This document shows positions 23,043-37,517 of a DNA stretch of 64,000 bases, piece by piece (the stretch's first letter is position 1; every line of letters starts with the position of its first letter). The notes under the pieces are model-generated. The model did not search any database and was not told where the DNA came from. It saw nothing but the letters and a program-made list of their open reading frames with translations. The translations under genes and the position numbers were made by a program. Source of the stretch: Antedon mediterranea (taxonomy: Eukaryota; Animalia; Echinodermata); the NCBI RefSeq assembly GCF_964355755.1, contig NC_092680.1, positions 6,262,001 through 6,326,000 of the forward strand, read 5' to 3'.

Positions 23043-25879
23043 GAAAGAAGAAAAATCTATATTTTAATGACACGTCTATAGAATATTTTGTTATTATTAT
23101 ACATACCTGTATGTTTTATGATTGTTCTAGTGAAATGTTTTCTTGTCAGTTTAAGTTTATATATGTGGTAAATGATTTTGAAATTGAACATTTAATAGAA
23201 AAATGACCCACATTTATATTTGTTTTATCTTATTACGCACATCACGTAACAAAGTGTGTAGCATAACGAGAAGAACAATGAGTATGCTCACTTAATAGTT
23301 ATTATTAATTGCATTTTACTAAACACAATTGTCAAGATTACATACTTTATTGCATGATCAGTTCTTAGGCTTTTGATACATGCTACATTAGTCACATCTC
23401 AATGGAACTATGACATACTGTGTGTATTATTAATCTTCATAAAGGTAAGCGAGTTATTTAAGATGAACTTTAAAACATGTTAGGTTATAGGCTCATCAAA
23501 TAGATGAGCCTAATAACCCATTTGTGCGGCAATGAGGTGAATGCTCTGGTATTGTTAACTTATTCTTTATCTCATAAAAAATAGCTTTATCTGTGAATAC
23601 AACTTATATTCATAAGTTCACTTGAAACGTTATTCCTAAAAGAAAAAGAGATAATTCTGGCATTTGAATTCAAACTGTTGATTTATGATACAACTTTTTT
23701 AATTCATACGAGAAAAAATACATAAGTACAGATAAAGGACTTTGTTTTGCAAAACCTCTTGTTTCAAGTAGACTGCTGTTGCAAAATGACATGACGTCAC
23801 CTAGATGTTGGTGAGGGCGTTTTGTTTTACTGCGTCGTTTTTTTTAAATGCTTGGAATGTCAACAGTATAGTTTATTTAATCAGTTACAATTCAAATAAA
23901 GTAATTATCAACAATACTGATACATATATAATGGCCACTGAGATTACATTATTAACATCTGCCATTTTATTGTCCTTTTGACTTTTATTCACTTTTTGAC
24001 TTTTAGGCAATGGAAGAGATTGATCTTGATTGCACAGGATTTTCAATAAATGCCCTAGTGTACAATTTATCTTTCAACACATAGCATATTAAACATTTTT
24101 TTAGTAACGTAATTTATAGATATCATTTGCAATGATGAATTTATAGAGAAAAATCCAATTATATATTGTATAATTACCTAGCAAAATGTCAAACATCATA
24201 ATTACATAGTTGTGGCACTAAAGGGCATAGAATGCAACACAATGGTGCATTCTCCTACATCCCAATGGATTAAAATGTCCATCATTGTAGCAGATGATAT
24301 ACGGTTGAAGCTTAATTCCGAAACTGACATCGACAAAATACTTACAAGCACGATCGACAGCGAAACAATATTATTCATGTTTGAAATATAGATGTTCATA
24401 GATAGGTTAATAGCAGTCACATCAGGCGAGGCAACAATACAACGTTATAACAAATGGCGTTATTAATAGTCGGGGTTATAACATTTTCTTTTGTTTTACA
24501 TAACGATATTTGAAAGTTAAAAGTATTAATATTATAATTTTACAGTAGTACAAAACATTCTGTTAATTTCTACAATAAAAAAAACCTATTCTCGACTGTC
24601 TGTCTACGATTCTTTGTTTTTTACAAATTCTAAAACACACTGGTGATCAATGTATAGCTCAACAATTTGTCACTCAGGTATTTCAAATAAATTGTTTTGA
24701 CTTTGTATGAAAAAGCGCTACCGTATATACATTTTCATTATTAATTAAAATAAGAAAAATTCAAAATATGTTTTTCGTTATAAAATTCAATAATATGTAT
24801 ATTGCCCCTGATTTATACACACAGTCGTGTAATGTTTCAATTTATAATATATAAAAACAACTTGTATAAATGGTTTTTAATTTCAATATAAAACCGTACG
24901 CTATGTTATTAATTTCATTGAAGTGTTTGGTTTCAACTGACATTTTTTATATAACTTCAAAACCAAAATACATTGACATTCTTGAATTCTTAATTTGGGA
25001 ATTTCGGAAATGAAATAACATTACTCTTGCAACACTCTCAGGTCTATGCCAATTATACCGTGACTGATACACTTTACTTTGTCATATACCCCTCATTATC
25101 TTCAAGTCATCGTACTATCATTATACATTCTCTAATAATATTTTTCATTCAAAATTTAGTGTAAGAATCAATTTCGTACGAATTTTATTAACTCTTGATA
25201 ATCTCCAAGATTTTCGATACGAGATAGGAAACATAATTGATCTCATATTTGCTAATTTAGAAATATATTATAGTGCTTTCAGTGACGTATTTTTTCGGTG
25301 ATGATATGGAAAATCGTATCATAATTGTTGATCGAAATTTACGGTAAGAAAAACAATTTGCTAAGAAATGTGTGGATGCCTTCTGATTTATCTACAATAA
25401 TTTGGACACGGGAATTACGGTAGGAAGCATTAACTGTATATATGATATTTTCTTCTGTCTCTTCATGACGTGCTTTTCTGTGATGATTTGGAAAACTGTT
25501 TCTAGATTGTTGAAATTGAATATTGTCGGCGAATTGTAATGATCTAATAATTATATCCTGGGGATTGATCACATTATGACATAATTACATTATTCATCAG
25601 GAAAAAGAAACATACTAAATATACAGTATATTCCACATAATAAACATATTATCAATCCTATCTAAATTCACTTTAGGGATATCATGAAAAGATTAATGTA
25701 GATTTGTATGTTCTGCTGATTCTCGCACGGTACTATGTCTAGAAACTGTGGAGCTGTTTCATGTCAAGCAACTAAAACAGGCCTACAAATGTTTTGCTTG
25801 TCTTATGTTAAACTTTCCTCTTTCCTATAAATTCAGCGCCACCAAGTAATTATATCCTGGACCCTTGAGTTGTTGTTGC

Positions 25880-26750
25880 TGGAAACATCTTCAGCCCTGA
25901 TCATTAGAAGAAATCTTAAGAACACCAATAATTAGAACCATCTTAACTGGACGTTAGGAAACATTTTTACAAACTCGGAGCATTAGAAAAAATCTTAAGA
26001 TCTCGGAGAATTAGGAACGTCTTAAGAAACGGGAGCATTTGGAAATGTATTAAGACCCCGGAGCATTAGGAAACATCTTAAGAAACCTGAACATTAGAAA
26101 ACATCTTAAGAAACCTGAACATTAGAAAACATCTTAAGAAACCTGAACATTAGAAAACATCTTAAGAAACCTGAACATTAGAAAACATCTTAAGAAACCT
26201 GAACATTAGAAAACATCTTAAGAAACCTGAACATTAGAAAACATCTTAAGAAACCTGAACATTAGAAACCATCTTAAGAAACCGGGAGCATTGGGGAACA
26301 TCTTAGAACTGGGAGTATTATAGAAACATCTTAAGAAACCGGAGTATTAGGAAACATCTTAAGAAACGGGAGTATTAGGAAACATCTCAAAAACCCGGAG
26401 CATTTGGAAACATCTTAAAAACTGGGAGTATTATAGGAAACATCTTAAGAAACCGGAGTATTACGAAACATCTTAAGAAACCGGAGCATTAGGAAACATC
26501 TTAAGAAACCGGAACATTAGGAAACATCTTAAGAAACCGGAGTATTAGGAAAAATCTTGAGAAACCGGAGTATTAGGAAAAATCTTAAGAAACCTGCGAA
26601 TTAGGAAACATCTTACCGGGAGCATTAGGAAACATCTTAAGAACCGGAGTATTAGGAAACATCTTAAGAAACCGGAGCATTAGGAAACATCTTAAGAAAC
26701 CGGAGTACTAAGAAACATCTTAAGAAACCGGAGCATTATGAAAACAATTT
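25880..26750. repeat. 28-bp minisatellite, about 30 copies
   Basis: Unit AAGAAACC(T/G)GA(A/G)CATTAG(A/G)AAACATCTT; about 7 identical units at ~26075-26270. Confidence 0.95.
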
Positions 26751-29032
26751 TTAAAACCCAAAGGATTATTAGAAACATGGCTATTAGAAAACATAAATTA
26801 GGAACCTGGAGAATTTGAAAAAAAAACACGACAGAAACGACGATCTAAATCAACAAAATTCACATCTAAGTTTAATCCATAATTCATATAAATGTAACTA
26901 ATTAAAATTTCAATAGAAGCGACAGTAATATATCGTGAATTTGGCTAATTTTATCATTAAAAATGTTTCAACAATTGAAAGTACATTCAGGTGTCAATTA
27001 CATTCAACATGTGACGCATCACAGGTACATGCTTCATTAAAACAACATTTTATATAATGTTATTGTATAATTATCAGTAAAGACACGTTAAAGGGAATTT
27101 TACTTAGTCTATATTCCCATGATAAATAAAACAAATCCAAAAGCCTAAAAAAAGTACATGTTGCTCAAAATATATATATCAATATTGTTGTTTTTTGGAT
27201 TATAATACTTTATTGAAGCATATGTTATATTAATTTAATAAGTATGTTTTTGGGCTGTTTTAAAAAAAAATTGCAGATTCTTTTTAAATTGTTGTTATTG
27301 TTTTACTATACCATAATCACCATAATAGAGCTATAATTCTTATAAAAGACGAATAATAATTATAGGGATATTTGTCTACTGTTTGTTGTATAGAGATCAG
27401 ATCATTAAGACGGTAACATCTAATGCTTACATTAATTCATACATCTAAAATCTAAAAATCGTAAGATATAAAACATATCGACTTACCTTTGCTCAATGTT
27501 CCGTCTATGTAGTTGTCACTGGTTACAGCACGATCGCCGACTGGGTCTTGTGCGATATTACGACCGTATCGCACTTATGGTGAATATAACAAATGGATCA
27601 ATAGAAAAGACCAAACACGGCTCACACTCGCAAGGTGTCAACAGGTCAATGCGCAATTGCAAAGCGATCAATGCGAAGCAAATCTGACCAATGAATATTA
27701 ATAACATCATGGCCATTAAACTGCTTTACGGATAATTATTTTGAAAATCGATTAGAAGAGAGAAACTTCGTAAGTATGAAAATAATATTGTCTATAAACA
27801 GGTGAAACTATACAACCGGTTGGAGTGGTCACGTTTGTAAATAATATATCGAATACAAAATTAGATTTAAATGTGTTTTTTTTTATGAATATAGCCTCAC
27901 GTTTAAGTTCAATATCCGTTATTATGAGCATTTACCTTTCGTAGAATGTATTAGTTGTGATTAAAATAGCAATATCTTAGCTATCAAACACATTTATATC
28001 AATACTGATGGATCTGGAATTCAGAATCAGACCAGTACATTAGAAAATATTTTTACTTAGAAGCCGATATTAAAGATATCTTTGGACTTCTATAGGCTAC
28101 AGTTTTTATTTAAGTTGTTTTTAAAATTATTCCAGCTGTCACTATTTCTAAGAACCAGTGACCGTACCTTTCACACTAAAGAACTTTACTTCAGTAAAAT
28201 ACGATTTAAAGGAAAAGTCTGATTGGTGAATACAAATACAACCCCAGTTTTCCATATCATTTTTATTTTTACTTTTGGGAGAGCGTAATAAAATAGGGTT
28301 ACTGAAAAGCACAGTAGAGAACCTTTATTATTACGGTAAATGAATCGGCGTGTAGAATCGTAGAGCGAGGATGACCACAACAAATTGGCCTTTAAAATAA
28401 ATACACATTTATATTTATAATTCATACACAAAAATATTGTGTACCTTATTCTTTAAAAAATTAAAACAAATCATTATACATTTTTGTTATATCAAATCTT
28501 GGAATTTGTATTATTTTATTTTATTTAAAAAATCAAGCGGACGACTCAAAGAGGACCTCAATGGGACATTAAGACTGGTCTTAAGTGTTACTTTTTAAGA
28601 GATAATATAATCTAACGACAATGACATCTTGCTGTCTCCTGGTTTATATTTATTTTTTAAACAAAAATTTACGACTCATTTCTATAAAGGGCATTACGAA
28701 TCAGTAAAGACGGTAGTATGAGGAATTACTGTACTTAACGGTTAAAAGGGAATGGACAACTATGGCAACACGGCCCATGGGGCGTCATATTAATAACATT
28801 AAAGCAGTGTGATTTTCTGCAACATAAAGTAAAACAAATTATTATTGCTTCACTAAGAATTCTAAAAATGCCATAAATGATATTCAATCCAGCGTGAAAA
28901 AAAACAACAAACATAAAGGAATAACCATAGATATACTATTAAACTGTTTAGAGAGTTACCTAGGCGACAGCGAATTAAGACTAGTGAAAGTGAACGGGGC
29001 AGAAACCCTTTAAAAAGGCTGACGAATAATTT

Positions 29033-29202
29033 AAACAAGGCCAACAGCCATAAGTCGCGTCCTCTCAGAAAAAAATGAACTTTCAAAAAGTAGTGTACAT
29101 CAAAACAGTTCAAAAAGTACAGAAAAGCGATAAAACGCATAGTGATACCGGACCGACAGACAGACCGACAGACCGACCGACCGACCGACATAGTGAACTA
29201 TT
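29033..29202 (-). mobile_element. HINE subfamily 2, 5'-truncated
   Basis: Near-identical to 30371-30558 (AAACAAGGCCAACAGCCATAAGTCGCGT...(GACC/GACA)n ATAGTGAACTAT). Confidence 0.75.
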
Positions 29203-29513
29203 ATAACATAAATAATAATAAACATAAATCAAAGTAACATACAATGAATTACACAATATCTTTGGCTATAACTTACTTTGAAATATGTATTCAACATGAA
29301 AGTCTTGATTATTCCTTTTCGTTTAAAAACTTGTTTTCAATGAAATTCGCAAAGCTTTCTGTAAAAAAAAAGAATTACATTAAATTAATAATAAGCTATC
29401 GTCCCTCCTTTTATTAACTTTTTAAACAAAAGGGCCTACACATAGGTTACTGGTAAAACATATATTTGCTGGTCACTTATATAAAGTAATAGTTATTTTA
29501 ATAATAAAAAGAT

Positions 29514-30076
29514 GGGTGTCTAGAAAACTCAGACCTAGAAAACTCAGATCTCAGATATATCTGAGTTTTCTAGATCTAGAAAACTAAAACTCAGATATCT
29601 GACTTTTCTAGATCTAGAAAACTCAGATATCAATATCTGAGTTTTCTAGTTCCAAAATGGAACTAGAAAACTCAGATCATCATTTGATTGGTTGGTAGGT
29701 CATTTGGATCGTTCCATTATTAATCAGCAGGTAGGTCATTTGAAATACTAGAGTATTATTAAAACTGTGTACGTTTTCCTACCAATATTGTAACATGTAG
29801 AAGCGCCTACGGCTTAAATAATAAAGAAAATATAGTGCATGTTACTGTTAAAAATATAGGCTTAAAAATGAGGCATGTACGTATTATATTATATAGTATT
29901 TCAAATATGCTACCCTCTAATAATAATGGAACGATCCATTTGATGATCTGGGTTTTCTAGTTCCCTTCTAGAAAAGTCAGATATCTGAGGTTTCTAGATC
30001 TAGAAAAGTAAGATATCTGAGGTTTCTAGATCTAGAAAACTCAGATATATCTGAGATCTGAGTTTTCTAGACACCC
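29514..30076. mobile_element. Mutator/MULE-type foldback non-autonomous element
   Basis: Termini GGGTGTCTAGAAAACTCAGA / TCTGAGTTTTCTAGACACCC, long modular TIRs built from CTAGAAAACTCAGAT units, 9-bp TSD TAAAAAGAT (29505-29513, 30077-30085). Confidence 0.9.
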
Positions 30077-30370
30077 TAAAAAGATGGTTAATCAGACTTT
30101 AGCAAGCCTTTTTTAAGTAAATGTTCCTAAAATGAGAAGCATAAAAACAATGAACAATACAATAAGAATGTACTGTACTAACATACAAAAACAGCCGATT
30201 GAAGAAGATATGGATATTCCTGATGATCTGGTAGCAATATTGGAAAAAATGTATTTGAAATCTTGGTGACAGAGGTAGTTGGTTGATAATAGGGGCTTTG
30301 TTTTCCAATAAAGAGGTCGGCGTGCACTGTAGTCCATAAGAGGGGCTTTATTGTTAAAGCGATATTATGG

Positions 30371-30558
30371 AAAACAAGGCCAACAGCCATAAGTCGCGTG
30401 CTCTCAGAACAAAATGAACTTTCAAAAAGTAATGTACATCAAAACAGTTCAAAAAGTACAGAAAAGCGATAAAACGCATAGTGATACCGGACCGACAGAC
30501 TGACAGACCGACCGACCGACATAGTGAACTATTGAGTCGCGTCCACGCGACTTAAAAC
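30371..30558 (-). mobile_element. HINE subfamily 2, complete
   Basis: AGTCGCGTCCACGCGACT inverted repeat at one end, tetranucleotide microsatellite, AAGTCGCGTGC subTIR and AAAACAAGG at the other end. Confidence 0.75.
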
Positions 30559-31187
30559 CACCATCAACGGCTTCTATTGGAAAAGATGTCAAAATACGAA
30601 CTTTTATACTGAAAATAAATTGAGGTTGTTTTGGCTTGAAGGGGAAAAATATTAAAAAAACGAAAAAAGTTTATATTGGATAAAACATATTTTACTGCAT
30701 CATTTTAAAGTTAAATCTTACATCTCACTAGAGAATAACCAAATAGATGTATGACAAAACAATACTTTCGCTAAATTATAAGGCATACACTTCTGTTTCA
30801 ATTTTGCTTACTAAACAAAAGACTGATATGGCTCATTTAACTAGTATCAGTTTTACGAGTATTGTTCGCAATAAGTATAATAATATTCAAAATAAATTAC
30901 TACTGTTCATTTAGTTTATTTAGATAAATGTATTATATAATAACATATATGTATAAGTTTAATTAATTTAACACAAATAATGCATTACTGTAACAAAATG
31001 ACTGATTCTAATTATACATTTTCTTGCTTACCGACACAAACGAATCAAGTTTGTTGAAAAACTAGGGCAGCCCATATTCACAAAACGTTGATATATATTG
31101 GAGATTACAGTATGGCAGCACATTTTGCTACTATAGATGTGTAGATACTGGGTGGAACTGTGAACTTTGACATGGTTGTTTAAGCGG

Positions 31188-31309
31188 TTTTTTAGTCACG
31201 TGCAAACGCGACTTTACAGTTCACTGTCGGTCGGTCGGTCTGTCTGTCGGTCGGTAAACACTAACTCAAATGTGTGCACACGAATGCAGCCATGTATATA
31301 GCCTTGTTT
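31188..31309 (+). mobile_element. HINE
   Basis: TTTTTTAGTCACGTGCAAACGCGACT...(GTCG/GTCT)n...GCAGCCATGTATATAGCCTTGTTT. Confidence 0.7.
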
Positions 31310-31559
31310 AATTAGGAGCAAGTGCAGGAAAACACGTTTTAATTTCAGACGAGAAGGGTAATATTCTGGTTAAGAATGTTCAATTATTTGAAGGACTATA
31401 AACAATGCAGATATTCATATTAGTACTATAAAACAAGTAATGTAATAAGTGTATATATACGTATGGTTCTCGGTAACTTGTATGCCTCGGGAAATTTACC
31501 TTTATTAATTAGCCTCAACATGACCATTGGCATAACAACGTTGAACCAAACTAAAAATA

Positions 31560-31838
31560 TAATGTTACTTTGTCCCCCTGAATTTTTTTTTTTAATATTC
31601 CATTTTAATGTAACATAATAGTTATCCACTTTGACCCAAAAAAATGTATTTACCTGAAAAAATGTAATTTAATGCAAACAATTGTCAAATTGGCTGCCAG
31701 TCAACGGATTTTTGAATGAATTTAATCATTTATTTTGTCATTTTATAAGTGAAAACATTTTTTTTCTATGGAAGTGATTAACTTTATTAAAAGTCTGATT
31801 TAATTAATGTTTTAGGGTACAATACAATACATCTTTAA
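31560..31838. mobile_element. Degenerate Kolobok-like MITE; related copy at ~56075-56352
   Basis: Ends TTGTCCCC / ACAATACATCTTTAA resemble the 63621-63793 termini; interior GTCAAATTGGCT...AAGTGATTAACTTTATTAAAA shared with the ~56170-56290 copy. Confidence 0.5.
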
Positions 31839-34800
31839 TATAATTATTAAAATAGCAGCAACCACATTAGTATGATCGTATTAATTTCTATTATTTATAT
31901 CATTAGATATGTAGCCTAGTAGTAAATAATTTGAAAATGAATTTCTGCCTTCTAATATCAATTATTGCAATCAGGTGTTTATTGATTTTTTTACAGAAAC
32001 ATTATAAATAGTAGCGTTGATAATGTCCTGTCCGTACCACATTATAACAATATAATTGAACCAGATTATTTTTAGCTTCGCTATAAATATTATGATAAAA
32101 ACTGTGAGAGAGGGCGCGAATCGAATCTGTTTTTAGCGCATCCTAGCCACGAATTTAACACATTTCCGTTTAAAACAATAACAATATATCGTGTATACAC
32201 TGTATAAAATGGACTGAAACAGACATAGGTGAGTATAAAACAAGACGTTATACATTAGGACCTTTACATAATTCCGCTTTGGAATTGTGTCCAAATATCT
32301 CTATCCTAAATCTCTGGTTATACTTCCAGTTATAACTTGAAGACGTGATGATAATTTTAAATATATTTTAATGCATTCTATTTATGAAAATTATTTTTGT
32401 TTACATTTATTAATTCTTCTTTATTTCAAATACAGTTCACAAGTAGAAACAATATATTTAAACAAGATATATTTCTTACAAAAAACGCCGCTCGACTTGT
32501 TGACGAAGTTTTAATTAGTGTTCTTAAAAAAATAATGATTTATTATCAATTATTTTTGTTTCACAATCAGTACTAAACATTAAATGTAACGTAAAGATAG
32601 TCTGGCCTAAAAAAAACCCAAAACATAAGCTAATGTACCATTCCAGTGGTCGTGACCCGGCCCGCACACAAACTAAGAATAACGATGCAAACTTAAAAGT
32701 TAATATTTTTGAAACAAATTATTCATTGCCTGTGTTTGTATAGGGTTTAAAACATCGCCGAAACTATCGTTTTTAGCCACGAACGAAGTAAACAAATTGC
32801 GCCCTCAGTCGGCAATTGTATAAACTACGCCAATTTTCGATAAAATAATTACATTAAATTACGGTTTTTAGTAGATATATTATTTGTATATCAACGTTGT
32901 AAAATTTAATAAACATATTACATGTTTATTAAATAAAAAGAAAATGTGTTTATTTAGCCTCATTCAAAGAATTTCAATACGTTTTTTCTTTTGAATTTCT
33001 TTCTGTTTTTCTCTCCAGTGCTTTGGGACAATCTTTTGATTGTATAAGCGCTTTCGAACAACATTAACATTATTTTCCCGTGTAAGTGGATAGTCCAGAG
33101 ACACAACGCGAATCTATCTACTTAAAAATTCTATTGCTACATGATTTGAGATTTGCATTTTTATTTTAAGTTTATTTATAGTGCAGCATTTTTTGACCAG
33201 GGAAGAAAATCTTTTGAAAAATAAAAAAAAAATTATATTATTGTAAATATTATAAGCCAACATCAAAATGTATGGTACATTATAGGTGGCGGTATTCAGG
33301 AATTATTTTTAATGATAATCTCTGTTAATTAATTTATTATTTAGGTTGATAATCACATGATAATTAGTTAACGAATTAATGGCCGAAATTTTTGAATTGG
33401 CTGTAATGATTGCATTGCATTAGGAAACAAGAACATTGGTGGAAATGCATTTATAATAAATGGTACATGTCTAGGCCTACACGATGATCACATTCTTCAG
33501 CGTCAATAAATAATTTAAAGCCATATTTAACAATCTGGCCCAATAGGATAAACCTTCCATCTTTTGCTTATTCAACTAGATCACGAACATCACAAACGTT
33601 ACAAGATACCACTTTTTAATTTGAATTCCATGTATCAAAATCGGTCTTTATCATGCATTTATAACATTTTGCCTTTTTTGAGGCGTTACTCGAAATTTGT
33701 TTATAATAGTCATTTTAAAGGAAGAGACGGACCTAAAGCATCCGTTTAATGAAAGTAGTCCATTAAGTAATATTTTTGTCTAAACATTTTAAAGAAAAAC
33801 TTCCAACATTTTATATTACAAATCAGAACACAGACAGAATCCTCGATTACCAAAACAGCAATAGCGAATATTTGCGTCCTTCCTTTATTTAGGATTAATG
33901 TTTAGCTCTATAACGTTTGGTTTATTTGTTATTCATTGAAACATGCTTTCGATAAATAAACGCAAGCAAGTAACAGTTATATCCTATCGGTAGATAGGAT
34001 AGTTATAACCCTTTATGTTGTTTATCCACCAGCCTATGTTGCAATTTTCTTTAAATTATTATTTTTATTATGAGTGCATGCGCAACTCAGCAATTATAGG
34101 ATGGATCAAATTAACATATAAAGGGTATTCCAACCAATAGGCCTGCTTCTACTACTAAACTACTAGCTCTATGTCTAGCTAGCCTGTTGAATTACTTGTT
34201 CTGCTAGCTGATGAACAAAATTAATTAATATAAATAATAATTTATTAGTATACAAATCATGAATGTAATGGTACAAATAATAGCAAGAGGTGAATTATTT
34301 GTACCATTACACGAATATAAAACATTCATATTTGTTTTAGGCCTATATAACATCTGAATAGATTCCTGACATTTGAATAAAATAAAAAGTAGGCATAGTC
34401 ATTATCCTAATGCCTACATTTGATTCACATTGATTAACAGTAACATTTGGTTTTTAATAATATATGGATTTAAGTAACACACCTACCGTAGTTTTAATTA
34501 TGCCAACAAACGGCCAAACAATCCTAGGCCTAGCAAGGCTAAAACGCTATCTAACGGGCAGGCATACTAGCAATACCAAATACGAAACTTCGACAGGCAA
34601 CAGGAACTCATCTAGGCTAATTATGTTTTTCCCAACAATTGCACGTCTTGTAGAGATGTTCCTATTAATTAATTAACGATCTAAGACTAATTTAACTGCC
34701 TTTTTTTATATAAATTCGTAGCCTACATATAATCTCTTAAAAAATGTACTTCCAACACCAATCATAACATTCAATAATCGCGGCGAAAGTACAAAATAGG

Positions 34801-37517
34801 TGGCGCTATTGTATTTCAAAAGTAATAGTATAAAAAAAAATGTCCTAACCCAAAAAGATTTTTTGTCGTACACGAAACAAGTACCGTACTATTAAACGAT
34901 CGTTTAATAATGCGTACTATTGCACACCATGTGACCCACAATCGTTCAAATCAACTGACAGGAATTTATTGTTTAATAAATCATGTATATTAGGCCAACC
35001 AGTAACGAGGTTAGTTATTTTATTCAAACATAATAGGCCTAATAATAAAATCTATTTAACTTTAAACAACCATGTGCAAGCATTGAAACGTCTGAATTGC
35101 TTGTTTAATACCAGTACTAGAGTCTCAAGCTGAAAATATATCGCGATCATGTGACCTTTTATCATTTTTAAACCAATAGGCCTATGTCTCTAAAATGACA
35201 GGATAAATTTCGTAACGGCTCAAGCATTCTTATATTATTGTTTACAATCATCTACAGTTATTTTACTATCCCTAATAGAAGGAAAAAATCGTGTCAGCTT
35301 CACCAAAGGCCTAAACATTAGGCCTACTGCATTTCTTAATATAAATTATATCACTGAAATATCACAAAACACTAGATTAAATAGTATTAATTTAAAGTTG
35401 AAGTTATACGTATACGCCGCCATGTGTGCCAATTTTTAATTTTTTTTTACCAATATAAGGTCGAATTTTGTTTTCTTTTTAATAAACAATGGTTTATTGT
35501 TTACCAAACACCAAAACAATTCGAAATGAAGTCTAGGACCTAATATACTACTCTATAGACTACCCAAATCGGTTCGAGGTTCTACACCAACATTCTTTCG
35601 CACTTAATAATATCTATTTAGTATTCATTTGCTTATCCGATGATTATCTTAAACTTTATACACCCATACTTTTAATTACTGAATAAGCCAATACTATATA
35701 TAACCATCATGCATACCAGCGAAAGAAAAGAGCACTGTATTATGCGATATGTACTTGAAATAACTGACCTACCTCCAATACATCACGTTATTTTTCCTTG
35801 CTGCTTACCTTAAGAACTAACTACAATCAATTTTTTCTTCAGATATTATTCGTTTTGTGTTGATGTGATGTAGCCTACCATTCGCGACATGACCTGACTG
35901 AATATTCCCATGTTATTGGCAACTGGCAATGACAGTATAGGCCTAAGTTTTAGTTCTGCGTGGGGGATGTGATCCGACGATCGACTTGACCAATTGCTTT
36001 TCAACGTTAACGCGAATTTGATTTCGATGATACAAACGCATCGAGCGTGATGTCGATAATGTTTAATCAAATCTGAAATATGACCAAAGTAATAACACGC
36101 TCAAGGAAACCGTTATTAGTCAGTCTTGGTTTACTTATCAAGTCTCACTCTTCGCTAAGAACATTATTGTTATTAAGTTCATTTGGAATTATATCATTTG
36201 TAGAAATATTTGATATCGATGGGTAAATTGAGACGGTCTCAAGTCATATTGGTAAATATCAGATTCGTGATGGGAATTGTTATAAGGACCGCCTTAAAGT
36301 ACCACTTCAATGCTCTAGTCAATAATAAACAACCTGCTAACAGGTTTTATTGGTTTATGGCTGTAGCGTGCTTATCGGACAGCGAATCGACACTACCAAT
36401 AACCGTTAACGTACGGTAATACGTTTCGGTGGCTATCGGCATATATAGTTACACGCACAATTGGTAACATCATATGCATTAGTTAGGCCTATTAATGCAC
36501 TTATATAATCTCCAAAGTAACATTACACGGAAAGTGCTAACGATTAATTACTTATACATTTGAACCACCCTGTTCGAAACCTCCTTTAATAGATAGATTT
36601 AGCAGTACGTACTTAATTTTCCTAGTAATATTGCTGTTCTGCTATCAAAAACACATATTATCTGCTCTATCGTAACTCAAACAGGTATTGAAATAACCGC
36701 TACTGAATGAATTAAACACATATTACTTTTGAGACAAAAAAGAATACGATTGGTAATTTTTTATTTTTTTTTTTTTATATATTAATTTTATCTTTATTTG
36801 AGGAAATTCGGATTTAGGCACTCAACGGATCCACAGTGCAGCGCCTACCATGCTCATATTTCAACTTGACTTATTGAACAAATGAATTATTCATTTTTCA
36901 ATTCAAATACTAGTAAGAAGAAAATACAGCCAGTAAATAGTGTAACATTTGCATTATGTCCGCGTTAAATCTGAGGAGGTGCCGCGTTACAAATTTCGCG
37001 CTATACGATATCCTACCCACCTTTCAAAGCAAAGTTTTAGCTCGGATTACTAAAGTATAAGCTGATACAACAATCCAGGTATACGGGAACTTCTTGAAAA
37101 CAGAAACGGTGACGTCAACGCGTCAGAAATCGCGTTTAATTATGCAACGCGGCACTTAAGAGTAATTTAACAAAATTAAACTCGTGTTCAAGCAAACATA
37201 TACATGTTCCACTGGGAGTAATTAATTGAACTGGTAATTTATAGATACTCGTGGCTACACATCACGATACGTGGATAAAGCAAAAGTGGGATAGTACTAA
37301 TCTAGACATGATTCTCATGGGCCTGAGGTACACATTACTCATCTATCGTGTACTTTCTGTACGAATGGGTGTTTGTTGTAAAATAACAGAGGACTCTCAA
37401 AGTCTAGCAGTTATAGTTAAAATTCAATGTCAACTCAAACTATGTACAGTATAGTTATAATCCATCTATATAAAACAAGATAGTGGTTAATGAATTTACC
37501 AAACAGTAGTTTGGATT

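Larger units (their letters stand above)
19150..24600 (-). pseudogene. Highly decayed LRR-TM-(TIR) Toll-like-receptor-like pseudogene
   Basis: Minus-strand fragments in receptor order: SPDVTAINLSMN and ELSFNRIS (~24300-24430), RAFTSLPH (~23530), SAFNSLNLL (~22010), NGLFEGLHN (21933-21959), YLTNNFTNLNKSAFRNSLRLKV (~20640-20705), KELWLESN..LTWLHQN (LRRCT-like, 20510-20573), hydrophobic segment (~20200-20280), weak TIR-like YDFF, DFVLELELL, FILPVTF*DV (~20050-19400). Many stops and frameshifts. Confidence 0.5.

Noticed and set aside
25880-26750. 28-bp repeats as a CRISPR array
   Set aside because: Head-to-tail units with no unique spacers, no cas genes, and a eukaryotic context.
28561-28578. 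18-bp match ATGGGACATTAAGACTGG with ~48880
   Set aside because: No extension or termini; cannot be assigned.
28862-29191. ORFs starting MSVGRSVCRS (also 37516-37752)
   Set aside because: Translations of the HINE microsatellite.
34890-34909. Perfect 20-bp palindrome TATTAAACGATCGTTTAATA
   Set aside because: Isolated and AT-rich; probably an eroded MITE end, with no partner or TSD found.
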